Origin: Flaccisagitta enflata
Taxonomy: Eukaryota
Direction of reading: 5' to 3'
NCBI GenBank assembly: GCA_965153355.1
Contig: OZ231126.1
Span: forward strand, 49,352,001-49,416,000
Length of the DNA stretch: 64,000 nt
The notes below the pieces were generated by a model, which worked only from the letters and a program-made list of their open reading frames with translations, was not told where the DNA came from and made no database searches. The position numbers and the translations under genes were made by a program. Position 1 is the first letter of the stretch, and every line of letters begins with the position of its first letter. Positions 27,596 to 42,423 of the stretch are shown piece after piece.

Positions 27596-29680
27596 TATAA
27601 TATAATATAATATAATATAAAAGTATAGCTATCAAAGGAAGCAAGCTTTTTACGACTTGCTCATCGAGATGATAGCTTTACCAACAATTACAATTCACGT
27701 GGCAAAGAAAATTAACCAGTTAGTAATTCTTAAGAACCAAAAGCGAGAATCGTTACCATGCAACTTCTAAAAATTAAAAATGCCATGTTCAAAATATTCC
27801 AAATTGACCAGTCACTAGTTTTTAAAAAAAAAAAAATCAAAAGTGTAAATTAGTGAAGGAAAAAGTTGCATTTTCGCCAAAATTCAACGACTTTCCAATA
27901 TATAAAAATGAAGACTATAAATGCATCCAAATAGAAAATATGATGCTTTCATAAGTGCAAATAATATCAGTGATAATTCTCTGAGCAAATACTAAACATT
28001 TTATGATACTAAGAAACCATTTGTAGAGAGAGAAAAAAAAGTCTGTTTTGATCATTGTGCTTTTATGGTCTTTAAGTTAGTGAGTCATTTAATCGGAAAG
28101 CATGCTATTCTTCGCTCATGACGGCCGCCAATAACTTTGAAAAATTTGACGCTTTTTTCATTTGCAGTGAGAGAATTGTTCAAATGCTCAGCATCTTGCC
28201 GTAATTTAATCTCCCATGCTTTTTCCACTTGACATTCCAATTTTGTCATGTCATGAGTGATAACTACCCCGTTCCATTTCTCCATTCCTTTCAACTTCTT
28301 TGCCATCAGGAGCATTGCCCTCTTTTTTTCCGAGCATACAAATTTAACGACCAGGGGGCGCATATTGCTACTGTTTGATGTTCCAACACGAAAATGATGA
28401 ACAATGTCCGTTGAAGGATCCAGGTCCAGGTCCAAGTCACCAGCAAGCAATTTGATCAAGGCAAGATCGTCATCCGTTTCCTGTTGACCAAAAATGATGA
28501 TGTTGTTTCTCTTTTGTTCGCGCAAAACCCATTCTGGAACAAATTGCACAGGTGTGCCTTTATTCGTTGTGGCAGAGTTGGTTGAACTTTGTGCAGAATT
28601 GTGAATTTCATCCACTTTTGCCTTGATGGCATGAAATTCGGTCTGGAGCTCCTTTAATCTGACGTCAGTTGATGTTGTTTTTTCTCCTATGGCATCCATC
28701 TTGGTCTTCAATTCATCTTTGATACGCCTATTTTTTTCCGTCTCCTCTGCAAACTTGCGATTTGTTACATCTAACTGTTGTTGTGATTTGGTCAATTTCT
28801 TTCCAAAGGCTTCTAATTCGGTTTTTGAGACAACCTGATGCTTAACCACTTGGGCTTTGAAGGAATCAGCACTTGTGATATGTTTTTCCATTTTCATGGT
28901 TAGCATGGCAATTGTTTCCTTCAAAGCTGTTTGATTATGGTTAAGGCCTTCCACGGCTTCAGTTAGCTTTTCAAAACCTTTTTTGAAGGCCATGAGCAGA
29001 CCATCCATTTCATTTTCAATTTTCTTTTTCCATTCGTTTGTTTCTTTTGACTCTTTTTCCAGTTGCTCAATATCACGCTGTATTTTTTCCATGTCTTGAG
29101 CTTTATTAGATTGTCAGAGCTGGATGAAACCGAGACTGTTCTAGATAGCACTTTATCTCAAAGAGTGGCGCTTGTGCCAACTGCCCCAGTGCTCAGTAAC
29201 TTCCAACTCTGTGACAATTCATCTTAAGTTAATGGAAAGATGACAATTTCCTTCAGTAAGATTCAGTCTTTGGTTCTGTGAAGTAATTTTTCTAGCCGCA
29301 AAGGAGTGAACGGTTTTGTAACAAAAATTCTTAGCTGTAGTAGTTACACATGAAGACCGAGGTTGGAGAACTGATTTAACTTGGACTTTAGATTCCAAAC
29401 AAACATGTGGCGATGAGAGAGTGAGACCACGATAGCGATTTTTTTTGATGACAAAATAAAATCAAGCCTATTAATGATGGTAGTTTCTTACAAAGTTTTG
29501 ACCCTTCCCGTTGACTGATTGAGATGAAAATTTACATTTGGGTGGAGAACAAAAGGATGGAATTTTGAGTGTATTTTCAGCTGATTACATTATGGTTAAA
29601 GGAGTTTTTTGGTGATTTTTCTTGGAAAGCCGCGAAGATCGAAGAGAGATCGTGTTTCTTCGCCACGTCGCATTAACATT
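27596..29680 (-). mobile_element. ORF1-only non-autonomous LINE-like retroelement with (TTATA)n tail
   Basis: Interrupts a MITE at TTATAA; tandem-repeat tail at 27596-27620; single ORF; no APE/RT. Confidence 0.72.
28085..29092 (-). CDS. LINE ORF1-like protein (335 aa; coiled coil + RRM-like + C-terminal domain)
   Basis: Long heptad-rich N-terminus, then EQKRNNIIIFGQQE, FRVG, RPLVVKF, KKLKG, VVITHDMT, the motif series typical of L1/CR1-type ORF1 proteins. Confidence 0.85.
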   Translation of the reverse strand: MEKIQRDIEQLEKESKETNEWKKKIENEMDGLLMAFKKGFEKLTEAVEGLNHNQTALKETIAMLTMKMEKHITSADSFKAQVVKHQVVSKTELEAFGKKLTKSQQQLDVTNRKFAEETEKNRRIKDELKTKMDAIGEKTTSTDVRLKELQTEFHAIKAKVDEIHNSAQSSTNSATTNKGTPVQFVPEWVLREQKRNNIIIFGQQETDDDLALIKLLAGDLDLDLDPSTDIVHHFRVGTSNSSNMRPLVVKFVCSEKKRAMLLMAKKLKGMEKWNGVVITHDMTKLECQVEKAWEIKLRQDAEHLNNSLTANEKSVKFFKVIGGRHERRIACFPIK

Positions 29681-30343
29681 ATAAGAACATTATAAGAACA
29701 TGATAGTTTTTTCTGCGGCTCAGTGTTCCTATTACTAGGGCAATTTGAGGCTTAGATTGATCTTTGGATGTTTTTTTTTTTCATATCGCTAGCTTATACA
29801 GGAATGTTTTTTTATTCAGGTAATGGTTATTTAACTCTTGATTGTTTATTGAAAGAATATGAGAACTGAAATATTGATCGTGAAGAAGTCAATCTTTGAT
29901 ATACGAGTGATTGAAGTTAACCTTAACATCTAGACAGTCTCACTTCCACAATTTGATTACGGCAGTTCCTAAGGCAAATTAAGTATGAATTTTCTTATAT
30001 TCCCTCTTTTTGAGGCTGACAATGTTCTTACAATTGTTCATATTTTTTGCCACATCTGAGCCTCAATGTTCTCATAAACAAGGTTCTTAGTCAATGAAAT
30101 GAGTGTATTGGCTTTAACAGAATTCTGCCAGTAACAGATGAAATTCGTTGTTCCCCTGAAATCCGTTGGAGCGGGATTTAACTGTACATATTTTCATCTC
30201 TCAAATTTCAATCTCGATGAATGAGTGGAACGCTGGCCGTGAATCCACTCTTGGGTCCGACTTGATTGGTCCGTGTCCACTCGTCTCCTAATCCTTAGTT
30301 CAGATCGTGAGCTTAGGTTCTTACATCATCTTAGTGGGGACGG

Positions 30344-30438
<95 letters not shown>

Positions 30439-30767
30439 GTTGAGAAATCTGAGCTGACCTCCCCCGCAGCAAAATGAGAGCAACAAGATGGAGAAGAAGA
30501 GGAAGAGGAAAAGAAGAAAGCCATGCGAAGGGAAAACAAAAAGTGGCTCCAAAAACGCCGAAACAAAAACAAAATGTCTCCCCCCCCCCTCCGCTTTAAC
30601 TCTCCCAGCGATCGGCGATGTTTAGATTGTTTTCAACATTCAAACTCTCCTTTTTCGGGTCCGCCTCAAATTACGCTAAAGATTCGATTCCGGGTCACCA
30701 GCGCTGATCAAAACACTCCTTCCTCTTTCTTTCTTTCTTTCTTTCTTTCTTTCCTTCTTTCTTTCCT

Positions 30768-30827
<60 letters not shown>

Positions 30828-31013
30828 TCCTTCTCTCTCTCTCTGCGTCTTTCTCTGTCTGTCTCTATGTCTGTCTGTTTCTCTCTTTCTGTCTCTCTCT
30901 GTGTCTCTGTCTGTGTGTCTCCCTGTTCGTCTGTCTGACTGCCTGTCTCGGTCTCTGTCTCTCTTTCTCTGTCTCTCTGTCTGTTTGTCTGTCTTTCTTT
31001 GTGTGTGTGTGTG

Positions 31014-31044
<31 letters not shown>

Positions 31045-31724
31045 GATTTTAAGTATATGTACATAGAATCCAAGAAAATGTCATGTAAGATAGTGGGAAA
31101 TGTCATTCAAAATCAGTGAAAAGTTCAATGTTTCTTTAATGCAATTCACTTTCACGTTCAATAAAGTTTTACGCTACAGTGATTCGATTTTAGACGGATG
31201 TGCAAAGAAAAAGCCTTTTACACCCAATTTCAGACCTTTTACGCCAAAAAATCCTCCAAGCTAAAATAAAATGAAGAATATTGTTTCACTTGTTACAAAA
31301 GAGAGCAAAACAAATCAGCTTAGGCTTGGTGCACAACAAATGATGTACAACAAACAAAAAACACTGCTAGAGTTCAATTTACTCCATCTGATGGTTGTTG
31401 CCCCTATCACATCTGAAGTCCTTAATCAAGCGACTCAAGTGATGTTGACAAAAACAAGAAAAAAAAAAAAGGAAAAACAGTCTTCGCACCAACCAATTGA
31501 GTCAGACTAACTGCGTAATTCAGTGTAGTCTGCCTGAATTTATGGTGTTTTTATTTGCTCTTTTTTATTTCATTCGAATCAAACAGGAATTTCTGAAAAA
31601 AAAGAGAATTTTTTTTTTCGGCGAAGGTTGAAGTCGTTGATTGAAAGGGACTCTTTTCACCTGCCAAAAACCAAAAATCGCAGCCGAAAGCAGAATGCTT
31701 TCTCTCTTTAAAAAAAAAAGAGGG

Positions 31725-31839
<115 letters not shown>

Positions 31840-31844
31840 GAGAC

Positions 31845-31951
<107 letters not shown>

Positions 31952-33153
31952 GAGAGAAAAGAAAGAAAAAAAGAAAGAAAAAAAAAGAAAGAGAAAGAGA
32001 GATAAGGAAGAGAAAGAGAGAGAGAGTTGGAGAAAACAAGGCCAATACCAATCAATTGCATGCGCCTATCATCGTTTGTGTATTAGTCGCATCCACATGA
32101 CAATCACTTGCTTTGTCGGTCTATGCGTCTATTGGGCTGTCTGTCTGTCTGTTGGTTGGTAACACTTAGCTGATTCAGTGCAGTTTTCCCTTTCTATCCT
32201 TGCCTAAATGCTTTTTCATCCTTTTTGGGCAGCGGTCCCAAAGGGGCATGGGGAATTTCTAGATGTTTGTCTGTCCATCCGTCCTTCCTTCCGTCCTTCC
32301 GTTACCCCCATTGGCCATCTGGGCCTCAAATCAGCACTCTCAGGCCTGATTAAGGCCCTCAAATCAGCTCTCCAGGCCTCAAATCAGCCCTCTAAGCCTC
32401 AAATCAGCTCTCCAGGCCTAAAATCAGCCCTCCAGGCCCCCAGGCCTTATGCTCATATCAGCCCTCCAGGCCTCAAATCAGCAATCCAGGCCCCAACCTA
32501 CCCTAGAGACCTCAAATATGCCCACAAGATCTCAAATCTAACCCCCAAACATCTTCAGGCCCTCCAGGCTTCAAACCAGCCATCTCTGCCCTAAGTTTCC
32601 TCTCCAAGCTTCAAATAAACCTTCAATGTTTAAATTCAATCATCTGAGGCCCAGAATATGCCCCTCAAGACGTCTGGAACTTTACCCCTGTGTCCTACAG
32701 GACATTAGCTCTTTGTGGCCACTGCCCTGCTCTCACTCCACTTATTCACTTGATCACTCCAAGCAGGGCATCGGGTAGCGCTGACCATGTGCGATCCTTG
32801 GATGACTAGTTTATCATCGCCCCTGCCCATCTGCATAAGAGAAAAGAAAACTAATTGACAGACAAACAGATCAACAACGTTGGATATAAAGTTTGGTGCA
32901 CACGACTGAAAAAAAGAAAGAGAAAAGCTAAAAGAGTGAACGAAAAAAAGTAGATTATAAGAAGAAGGAGAAACAAGAGGATGATGAGGATCAAGGAGTA
33001 ATAAAAGAAAAGAATGACGAGGAAGTGGGGGTGGAAGAGGAGAGGGAGGAGGAGGAGGAGGAGGACGAGGTGAGAGGATTGTTCAGAGCCAAAGGGGCCA
33101 GAGTGTAAACAAATGCGGAGATAGGAGAGAAATTACCGCATCGGCAAAGGGGA

Positions 33154-33234
<81 letters not shown>

Positions 33235-34008
33235 CAGGTCGCCCAAGGGCAATATGTGGTCACCGATACCCGTTGCCCTGCTTTGCATGATTGTGAATTG
33301 GAGTGGGAGGAAGCAGGGCAGCGGCCCCAAAGGGGACGAAGTCCTGTAGAATACAGGGGACCTTCGTTCATCCGTCTGTCCGTCCGTCTGACTATCCCCC
33401 CTCAGGCCCTCTCTGGCCTGAAATTTGAAAAGGCAGATTTCAAGCCTGAGAGGGCATATTTCAGGCGTGATAGGGCAGATTTCAGGTCTGAAAGGACAGA
33501 TCTAAGCCTGATTGGGCAGATTTCAGGTCTGAGAGGACAGATTTCAGGCTGAAGAGGGCAGATTTCAGTCCTGAGAGGCCTAATTGGAGGCCTGAGACCC
33601 AGGTTTGAGGCCTGAGAAGTTAGATTTGAGGCCTGAGAAGTTGGATTTGAGGCCTGAAAGGCCAGATTTGAGGCCTGAGAGACCAAAATTAAAGCCTGAG
33701 AAGCCAGATTTGAGGCCTGAGAGGCCAGATTTGAGGCCCGAGAAGCTGGATTTGAGGTCTGAGATGATGGATTTGAGGCTTGGGAAGCCAGATTCGAGGC
33801 CTGAGAGGCCTGATGAGGGGGGGGGGTGAACGGACAAACGAATGGACGAATAAAAGTCCCCTGTGTTCTAAAGGACTTTGTCCCCTTCGGGGCCGCTGCC
33901 CAAAAAGAAGAAAAAGAAGGAGGGGGGTTTGGAGGAGAGGAGCAAAGAGAAGTTGCCGCATCTGATATTCATCTGTGCGGGCAAGAACTCAGTTCAATCG
34001 TACAAAAT

Positions 34009-34113
<105 letters not shown>

Positions 34114-35665
34114 AAGAAAGAAAGAAAGAAAGAGAGGTGAACAGACAGAAGGAAAGATAGACCGATTTATAGGCAGGTTTAGACTGCCAGATAATCATAC
34201 AGACGTTTAAAAAGAGACTGACAGACAGAGAATGGATGAAAGGGACTGACAAAAAAATAAATAAATGAGAATGAATATGATAACAAGGCCGGATACACGG
34301 CCATCAGTTGCGGACGGGTGGGCAGGGGCGGAAATGCGCGTTTTCCCACTTTTCGACTCGATGGTTACGGACGGACCGACCAACCAACGGAAGGACGGAC
34401 AAAGCCTCTTATAGAGTTGCGTGTCCGCAACTAAAAAAAGAAGAAAAAAGAGAGGAAGCATTTTTTCTTCCCATAAGAATTCCCGATTGGGGTCACGGCT
34501 GAAGCCTGAAACCGCACACGCGTACATGTGAGGAAACATTGCAAAATCGTTTTTTTCTTGTTTTTCTTTTTTTGAAAAGTGCTGTTGTTTTTTCAGAATA
34601 TGTTACAAATGGATAATACATATGTAAATATCTGTCATCATTAATGAATTCCAGAGTTTTTGTTGAAATGCATAGCAATCACAAGCAGACAAAGACAATT
34701 CCTCCATAAGGGAACAGGGAAAATTTGATTTAGTAACTAAAAAATCTGTTTTCTTTCGATGTTTCCCCCCCCCCCCCACCTGTTCTATACTCTGATCTGA
34801 CATGCAAACTGTCACATGTTACCTATAGTCACTGAAAATTTCATGATTTATTTCCTAGTGATTTAGGCGCTATAAAGGTTTTGCATTTTACATTTACAAC
34901 CGAAGACGGTGTAATTGTATCTTGCATCTATTGGACATGTCTTCAACGATTTTTAGACATAGCGGGATGTAGCACGCGACTAAAAATAACAAGGCCGGAT
35001 ACACGGCAAGATAGTCGCGGATAGTTGGGCAAGAGCCATGATGCACCATGTCCGCGACTAAAAAGAAAAGCAAGAAATTGCTTTATTCTTTTGGCCTCTA
35101 TCTCTACGGGTATTCCTATCCCTCAAGCATGTCTTCGACCATGTTTATTCCCTTTGCAGAGGAAGCAAAGTTGAGCACGCAGACACGCTCATCACGAATG
35201 GGAATAACATAATACCCAATGCTGAAAGACACATCCCATCTACAAATAATCATCCTGGGTTTTTCTTTTTCTTTCCACTTCTTAATGATGTAGTGACTAT
35301 TGTCGTGAGGAGTTCTCAAAAGCATGTGAAGATCGCATGTTCCTTTCAATAAGGACGTATTGAATACTACCTTTACAATTAAATCCCACTTCAACCGACA
35401 CGCTTCTAACAGACTTCCGCCCATAACAGATGCTTACTCTTTGTCCCTTGACTTTGTTTCCTTTTATTTCCTTTATTGGCTCTTGCTAAAATCCATCTAT
35501 GACCGATGAAATTTTATTTTCCATTGAAGTCCGTTGGAGTGCGATTCGATCGTAAAAGGCTGTCATCCGACGAGCATCTGGACCTGAGAATCTTTCAAAA
35601 GAATCATATCAGAGAATACACGAGCAACACCACTATCTATCCCCAAGAATACATCCCTACAAGTA

Positions 35666-36240
35666 CAGTACGATGGGAGCAATGACGACCTAGACTGGAG
35701 GATAGATTTTAGGTATCCTAATTTCATTTGTATCATAAAATATTTGAGATCTAGGTTAATTAAAGGTTGTTCTATTGAGTAAATGTAAACTTCAACTTGT
35801 GACTTGACCGCATCAAGACTTCATTTTTCAAAATTCTAATCAATCTTATTAGATCGGGAAAAAATTTTTAACATAATTTTGAAAAAAAAATCAGCTCAAT
35901 CGGACCATTTTTACAGGTTTTACGGGTATGTTTAATAAACAAAAGTTATGCAAATTAATTTTTGGGCAAAACTTAAAGTGGCCATAAAACCTGTAAAAAT
36001 AGACCGATTGAGCTGATTTTTTTTCTTCAAAATTATGTAAAATTTGAGATAGGTTAGAACTTTGAAAAATGAAGTCTTGATGAGGTCAAGTCGCAAGTTG
36101 AAGTTTGAAAGACGCAAACATTTTCACTCGATAAAACAACCTTTAAATAGCCTAGATCTCAAATATTTTATGATACAAATAAAATCAAGGTACCTAAAAT
36201 CTATCCTCCAGTCTAGGTCATCATTGCTCCCATCGTACTG
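35666..36240. mobile_element. Fold-back MITE, almost wholly palindromic
   Basis: TA|CAGTACGATGGGAGCAATGA ... TCATTGCTCCCATCGTACTG|TA; arms pair nearly to the centre. Confidence 0.88.
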
Positions 36241-36506
36241 TACAGTTCGGTGGCATTACTCGAAATTCTGAGTACAAGTGACACTGTTATGCTATTCATC
36301 ATCATTTTGTCTAGTAATCAATCATTACTGGGGATAGAATCTCCCAGAGCTTTTAGTTTCTAAGGCGAATTGGTTTTAGCGTCAACGCGCCTGTCAATGA
36401 AATTGAAAGGAGAGTACGAGAGGAGTTGCTCAAAATAGACTGAATCTGAATCTGATGGATCGAAAATTAAAAGCGGAGATGAGGCAAAACAGATTGATTG
36501 AAAGAG

Positions 36507-36618
<112 letters not shown>

Positions 36619-36662
36619 TGAGAGATAGAGATAGAGAGAGACAGAGACAGAGACAGAGACAG

Positions 36663-36693
<31 letters not shown>

Positions 36694-36707
36694 GAGCCGT
36701 TACCTAA

Positions 36708-36904
36708 AAGAAAGGACGAAAAAAAAAACAAGGAAAAAAGATGAAAAGAAAGAAAGAAAGAATCATGAAACGAAAGAAAAAAAGTAGCACGGCAGAGAAG
36801 AAAGAAAGAAAGAAAGAAAGAAAGGACGAAAAAAAACAAGGAAAAAAGATGAAAAGAAAGAAAGAAAGAATCATGAAACGAAAGAAAAAAAGTAGCACGG
36901 CAGA

Positions 36905-36925
<21 letters not shown>
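36708..36925. repeat. ~110-bp direct tandem duplication within (GAAA)n
   Basis: AGAAAGGACGAAAA...ATCATGAAACGAAAG...AGTAGCACGGCAGAGAAG occurs twice. Confidence 0.8.
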
Positions 36926-36991
<66 letters not shown>

Positions 36992-37153
36992 CAAAGAAAA
37001 CAAGGCCGGATACACGGCCACCAGTTGCGGACGGGTGGGCAGGGGCGAAAATGGGCGTTTTCCCCACTTTTCAACTCGAGCGTGACGGACCGACGGACGG
37101 ACGGGCCGACGGACGGACAAAGCCTCTTATAGAGTTGCGTGTCCGCAACTAAA

Positions 37154-37197
<44 letters not shown>

Positions 37198-37210
37198 AAG
37201 AAAAAAAGAT

Positions 37211-37265
<55 letters not shown>

Positions 37266-37390
37266 AGGAGAAAAACGATTGAAAGACAAGAAGAAAAAAA
37301 AAGACAGGAAGAAAGAGAGCAGGGAAGTAAAAAAGGAAAGAAAGAGAATAGAGGCAAGGGATTAAAAAGAAAGAGAGAAAGAAAGAAAAA

Positions 37391-37474
<84 letters not shown>

Positions 37475-38364
37475 ACACAGAGCTAAGAGATAGAAAAAAA
37501 AGTATTACTACACGGCGCCAAGAAACGGAAGCGGTCGACGCCGACATTAAATCTGGAAAGGAAGTCGGAGAAATACTCGAATTTTTTGGGGGGCTCGAAA
37601 TCCGTTAAAGAGAGAATCTGATCTTTAAGTTCAATCCGAACCGAAATTAATGAGCAAAATTCGAGAAGTTCGTGGTGATTTATCAATGACGCTCGATATA
37701 CATACTGAAAGGTTATTGATTGGTGGGTGTATAAAGGGCATGTATGGTTGGGTTTGAAATAGGGAAGACATGAAAGGTGCCGTGGTGGATATATTAAGCT
37801 GAAGGTGAAGGATAAAGACAAAAAAAAATTAAAAAAAAATAAAGGGGGGGGGGGAAAGGGGACGATCGGACAAGTACATTCATGATTCAATTTTAGTAGG
37901 AAATTGTTTTGTAATTTTTTGTAACTAATGTAAATGTATCCAGCAAACAGACGATTGCGCTGATGATTCAAAACACATAACGTGTCATATTTTGCCTTAC
38001 AATTATTTGCAGCTGTTGTTTGATTTTTCAAATGCAGACTATAGAGGCAGTAAAATTTTTCATTGTCGTTTATTTGCATCTTCGTCTGTGTAAACGTGCA
38101 GCTGCATTTCAATTCGTAGGCAGTAGCAATCGAATGGTCGGCTTGCAGCTGCAGATGGCGTAGGTTCACAAATCACAGTTGGGGCTGTTGGAATCTGATC
38201 ATCGTGATTTTTTTTCTCACTGCGAGTCATTTGGGTTATTATTTCATTATTTTTTAATCTTTTTTTTCAGATAGATCAGTGAAATCAATGTTTTCTGATC
38301 CTTATGCCTAAGTGCTCGATTTTTTTTTTAATTTCGCATGTCTTATATTAACAGTCAGTCGACA

Positions 38365-38572
38365 TTACGGTATTTGTAGATATATCAGCAGTTTGGCATA
38401 TCTCAACGCGTTGAGATCTCTCATTTTGGCACATTTCAATGCGTTGAGATCTCTCATTCTACAACTTCTATCTCAGTAGAATGAGAGATCTCAACATGTT
38501 GAAATATACCATAATGAGAGATTTGAATGCGTTGAGATATGCCAAACTGCTGACATATCTACAAATACCGTA
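38365..38572. mobile_element. Palindromic MITE-like element
   Basis: TACGGTATTTGTAGATATATCAGCAGTTTGGCATATCTCAACGC ... GCGTTGAGATATGCCAAACTGCTGACATATCTACAAATACCGTA. Confidence 0.75.
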
Positions 38573-39223
38573 CTGTCCATAGACTTCAAGAGGGATGTTT
38601 AAGAAATGTCTTAATCTTCAAAGTATCTCAATATGAATAATACTTGATTGTTCCGTTTTTATGTCATTAAAAACAACCATATGTGTTTCCCATGTGAATA
38701 CTCTTTTCCATCATGAATAATACTTGTTTACTTGTTAAGAAATGATTATTCTGTGGTATAGATGGAAACTCTTACTTGAGATCATTTTGACAGACGCATT
38801 TCTAGCCCGATTTTCTCACCAAAATACTGATATATTTTATTCATTTTTGAGGGAATCATAATGGTTATCAATCTTATCATTAATGCGAAAATTAATCAGA
38901 CTTATTTCAAGGTTTTATCAGTTTTTCTTGTAATTGCAATTGCAATTGAGATTTTAGGACCTGATGTTTGCTGGGTTTAATCAATCGGTTTCATGTCATG
39001 CGCCGCTTTCATCAGATTCATACCACGATACATTTTGCAATTACCAACATCGTCGTAATCGTCGTCATCATCGTCGTTGTATTAAGCGTCATCATCGTCA
39101 TTGTGGTCATCGTCATGGCATCGCGGAGCCGGAAGTCGTTTAGTCAACAATATGTTGTCGATTGCTGATCCTCATCTTTCTCTTTTGTCCCGACGCAATT
39201 CGCACCGCGTGATGCTGTCGCCA

Positions 39224-39309
<86 letters not shown>

Positions 39310-39357
39310 CTTTTTTGCTTTCACTATCACCAATGCGTTGTTTCACCCTGAATACAC

Positions 39358-39476
<119 letters not shown>

Positions 39477-39477
39477 C

Positions 39478-39512
<35 letters not shown>

Positions 39513-39656
39513 CTTTCTTTCTTTTCTTCTTCTTCTTCTTCTTCTTCTTCCTCTTTCTTTCTTTCTTCTTTCTTTCTTCTCTTTCTTCTTCTTTTTCTTC
39601 TTCTTTTTCTTTTTCTTTTTCTTTTTCTTTTCTTCTTCTGTTTCTTCTTTTTCTCT

Positions 39657-39713
<57 letters not shown>

Positions 39714-39729
39714 AAACACAGTATGTAAT

Positions 39730-39900
39730 CGACGCCACAGTTGCAACTGACGCCTTCACAGTTGCAACTGACGCCTTCACAGTTGCTACTGACGCGACGC
39801 CTTCACAGTTGCAGCTGACGCCTTTACAATTGCAACTGACGCCTCCACAGTTGCTACTGAGGCTTTCATAGTTGCAACTGACGCCGTCACAGTTTGCACT
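39730..39900. repeat. 21-bp minisatellite (ACGCCTTCACAGTTGCAACTG)
   Basis: About 8 variant units, each with the CAGTTGCAACTG palindrome or a variant. Confidence 0.85.
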
Positions 39901-40403
39901 CACGGTAACCTTTTTTCTAACTTACACACAGAATCTCGCTAATCCATCGTATCTGGAAGAACCATCAAGAGCACAAGATCACATACAATTGATAAGCTCA
40001 GTCAAACTAAACATGGTCAACTTTTATTCTTCGGCAAAATATGATTGTACCGGAGTAAAATTCGTCAGTCACAACATATATATACAGTTAAATCCTGAAA
40101 CAACGGATGTATGGGGCCAACAAATTGTGTCCATTATCCCCCCCCCCCTGGCACCCATCCCTTCTCATGTGACAACTTTATCATCGTCATCGTCGTCATC
40201 GTCGTCAACGTCTTCATCATCGTCGTCATTGTCGTCATGGTCAATGATCACGTTGCGGGCAGGAAGCGCTTCACGCGCCTTCAGCAACGCTCCACTGAAT
40301 CTGCGGCCGACGTGGATTCTGAAAAAGCGGCGGAATAAAACCGCGGAATCCTATTGTTGGAACTTCCGGTGACTCAAACGTCAAAATGGTTTGATCATGT
40401 TGC

Positions 40404-40495
<92 letters not shown>

Positions 40496-40685
40496 GCTGT
40501 TGGATGAAAGAGTCAGTCCCTCACGTGTTTATCAGTCACATGATCGTGATTTTGTGATCACGTGGCCAATAATCGTGACAGCATCGTGAATATCACGTGA
40601 CCAAAACCATGATTAAAGATCATGGTCAAAATATCAAAACCGCTCATTCGCGTCTCTTTCTTCTCTTTTTCATCTTTCTTTCTTC

Positions 40686-40828
<143 letters not shown>

Positions 40829-40868
40829 TTTTTCTTGCTTTCAATCATTCATTCTTTTTTTCTTTCTG

Positions 40869-40931
<63 letters not shown>

Positions 40932-42292
40932 CTCTTTTTCTTTTTTCTTTGTTTGTTTGTTTTTGGTTTGTTTGTTTGTTTGTTTGTTTGTTTGTTTGTG
41001 TTTGTTTGTTTGTTTCTTCCTTTGTTCCTTCCTTTGTTCCTTTATTTGTTTCTTTGTTTCTTTGTTTTTTTCGTTCTCTCATTTTCCCTTTCATTTCGAT
41101 TGAAAGACCTGATTCCTGAGATGATTACTGTGCATTGAACGGATAAACTTTCATTAAGGAAACAAAAACTTAAATGAGGATAAAATTTTTAGAATCATTT
41201 TTTACGGGAAAAAATGCTACAGTATTAGTGGACATTTCAAGTATTATTGAATCTTCAAGATTCAAACCAGAAAGGTAGTAAAGTAAGGTTAAGGTTAAGG
41301 TTAAGTAAGTAAGGTTTTTAGTTATCTAACAAAAAGATAGTGAATAAAAAAATTAGGTGTTCTACCTAATGTTAGTTGGGGACACGCAACTCTCGTCAAT
41401 AAGAACTCAATAACTCTATGAGAAGAACTGTATAAGAAGAACTCTATAGGAAGCTTAAGAACGTCTTCAGAACTCTATAAGAAGAACTCTATAAGAAGCT
41501 TAAGAACGTTTGTCCGTTGGTCCGTTTGTCCGTAATAATCGAGTCGAAAAGCAAAAACGAGCGTTTTGGATTGTGTATGTTTGTATATTGGGTCGGAGTT
41601 GGGGTATGGATCAGGGTTGGATGTCCCTGCCCACCCGTCCGCAATGATATTGTGACCCCGCGTTACTTGTTACCCTTTCTTTTGGCCTAGACGGCCGAGG
41701 ACAAGTAAATCATTTCCACTAAATAGCGATTTTTTGAAAGACTACTAGTCAGGAATACGATTACAATAGAATAAAGCACTACTTTCTAGGAAAAAAGCAA
41801 CACTTATGGTTGACAGTATGTTTTCCCCCTTATGTGATCACAATTCATGTGAGTGATTGTTTTTGGTTATTTTTGCATTTATCAGGAAAAAAGTTGAAGT
41901 CAGTCTTCGACTTTTTCACATATTCGAGAGAAATATGGTGTTCATTTTCTTATCAGAAAGTTACAAAACTCATCCGGCTGATTGGGCACAACGCAATCCT
42001 CCCTATTTCTTCCATAATCGTAATGGGTCAGGGATCATTGTCTCAAGGGTCAGGGATCTTACAACTAGTTTTCATTGGATCCTGTTCATTTAATCTTATT
42101 CCCTTGTAAAGTAAAGTTTAAAGAAAACGGTTCCAATTGGATCCGGACCCGGAACCGGGATCCAAGAGTACCGAGGTTATTTTAATAGGTAGAGGTAAGC
42201 GCGATTTTTCTCTGAATGGTGATGATTCACTATGTAGCAGTAAAGACTTATGGTGTTTCAATTTAGCTCAAAAAAACATAGAAAAAAAGAGG

Positions 42293-42423
<131 letters not shown>

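Larger units (their letters stand above)
27582..30105. mobile_element. MITE family B copy (ends CACTC...GAGTG, TA TSD) carrying the ORF1-only insertion
   Basis: Matches the reverse complement of 53233-53658 on both sides of the insertion. Confidence 0.8.
27482..30184. mobile_element. MITE family A copy (TIR CAGTTGAACCCCGCTCTAAC, TA TSD) interrupted by nested insertions
   Basis: Flanks 27482-27579 and 30108-30184 join to match the uninterrupted copies at 20112-20273 and 60319-60495. Confidence 0.8.
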
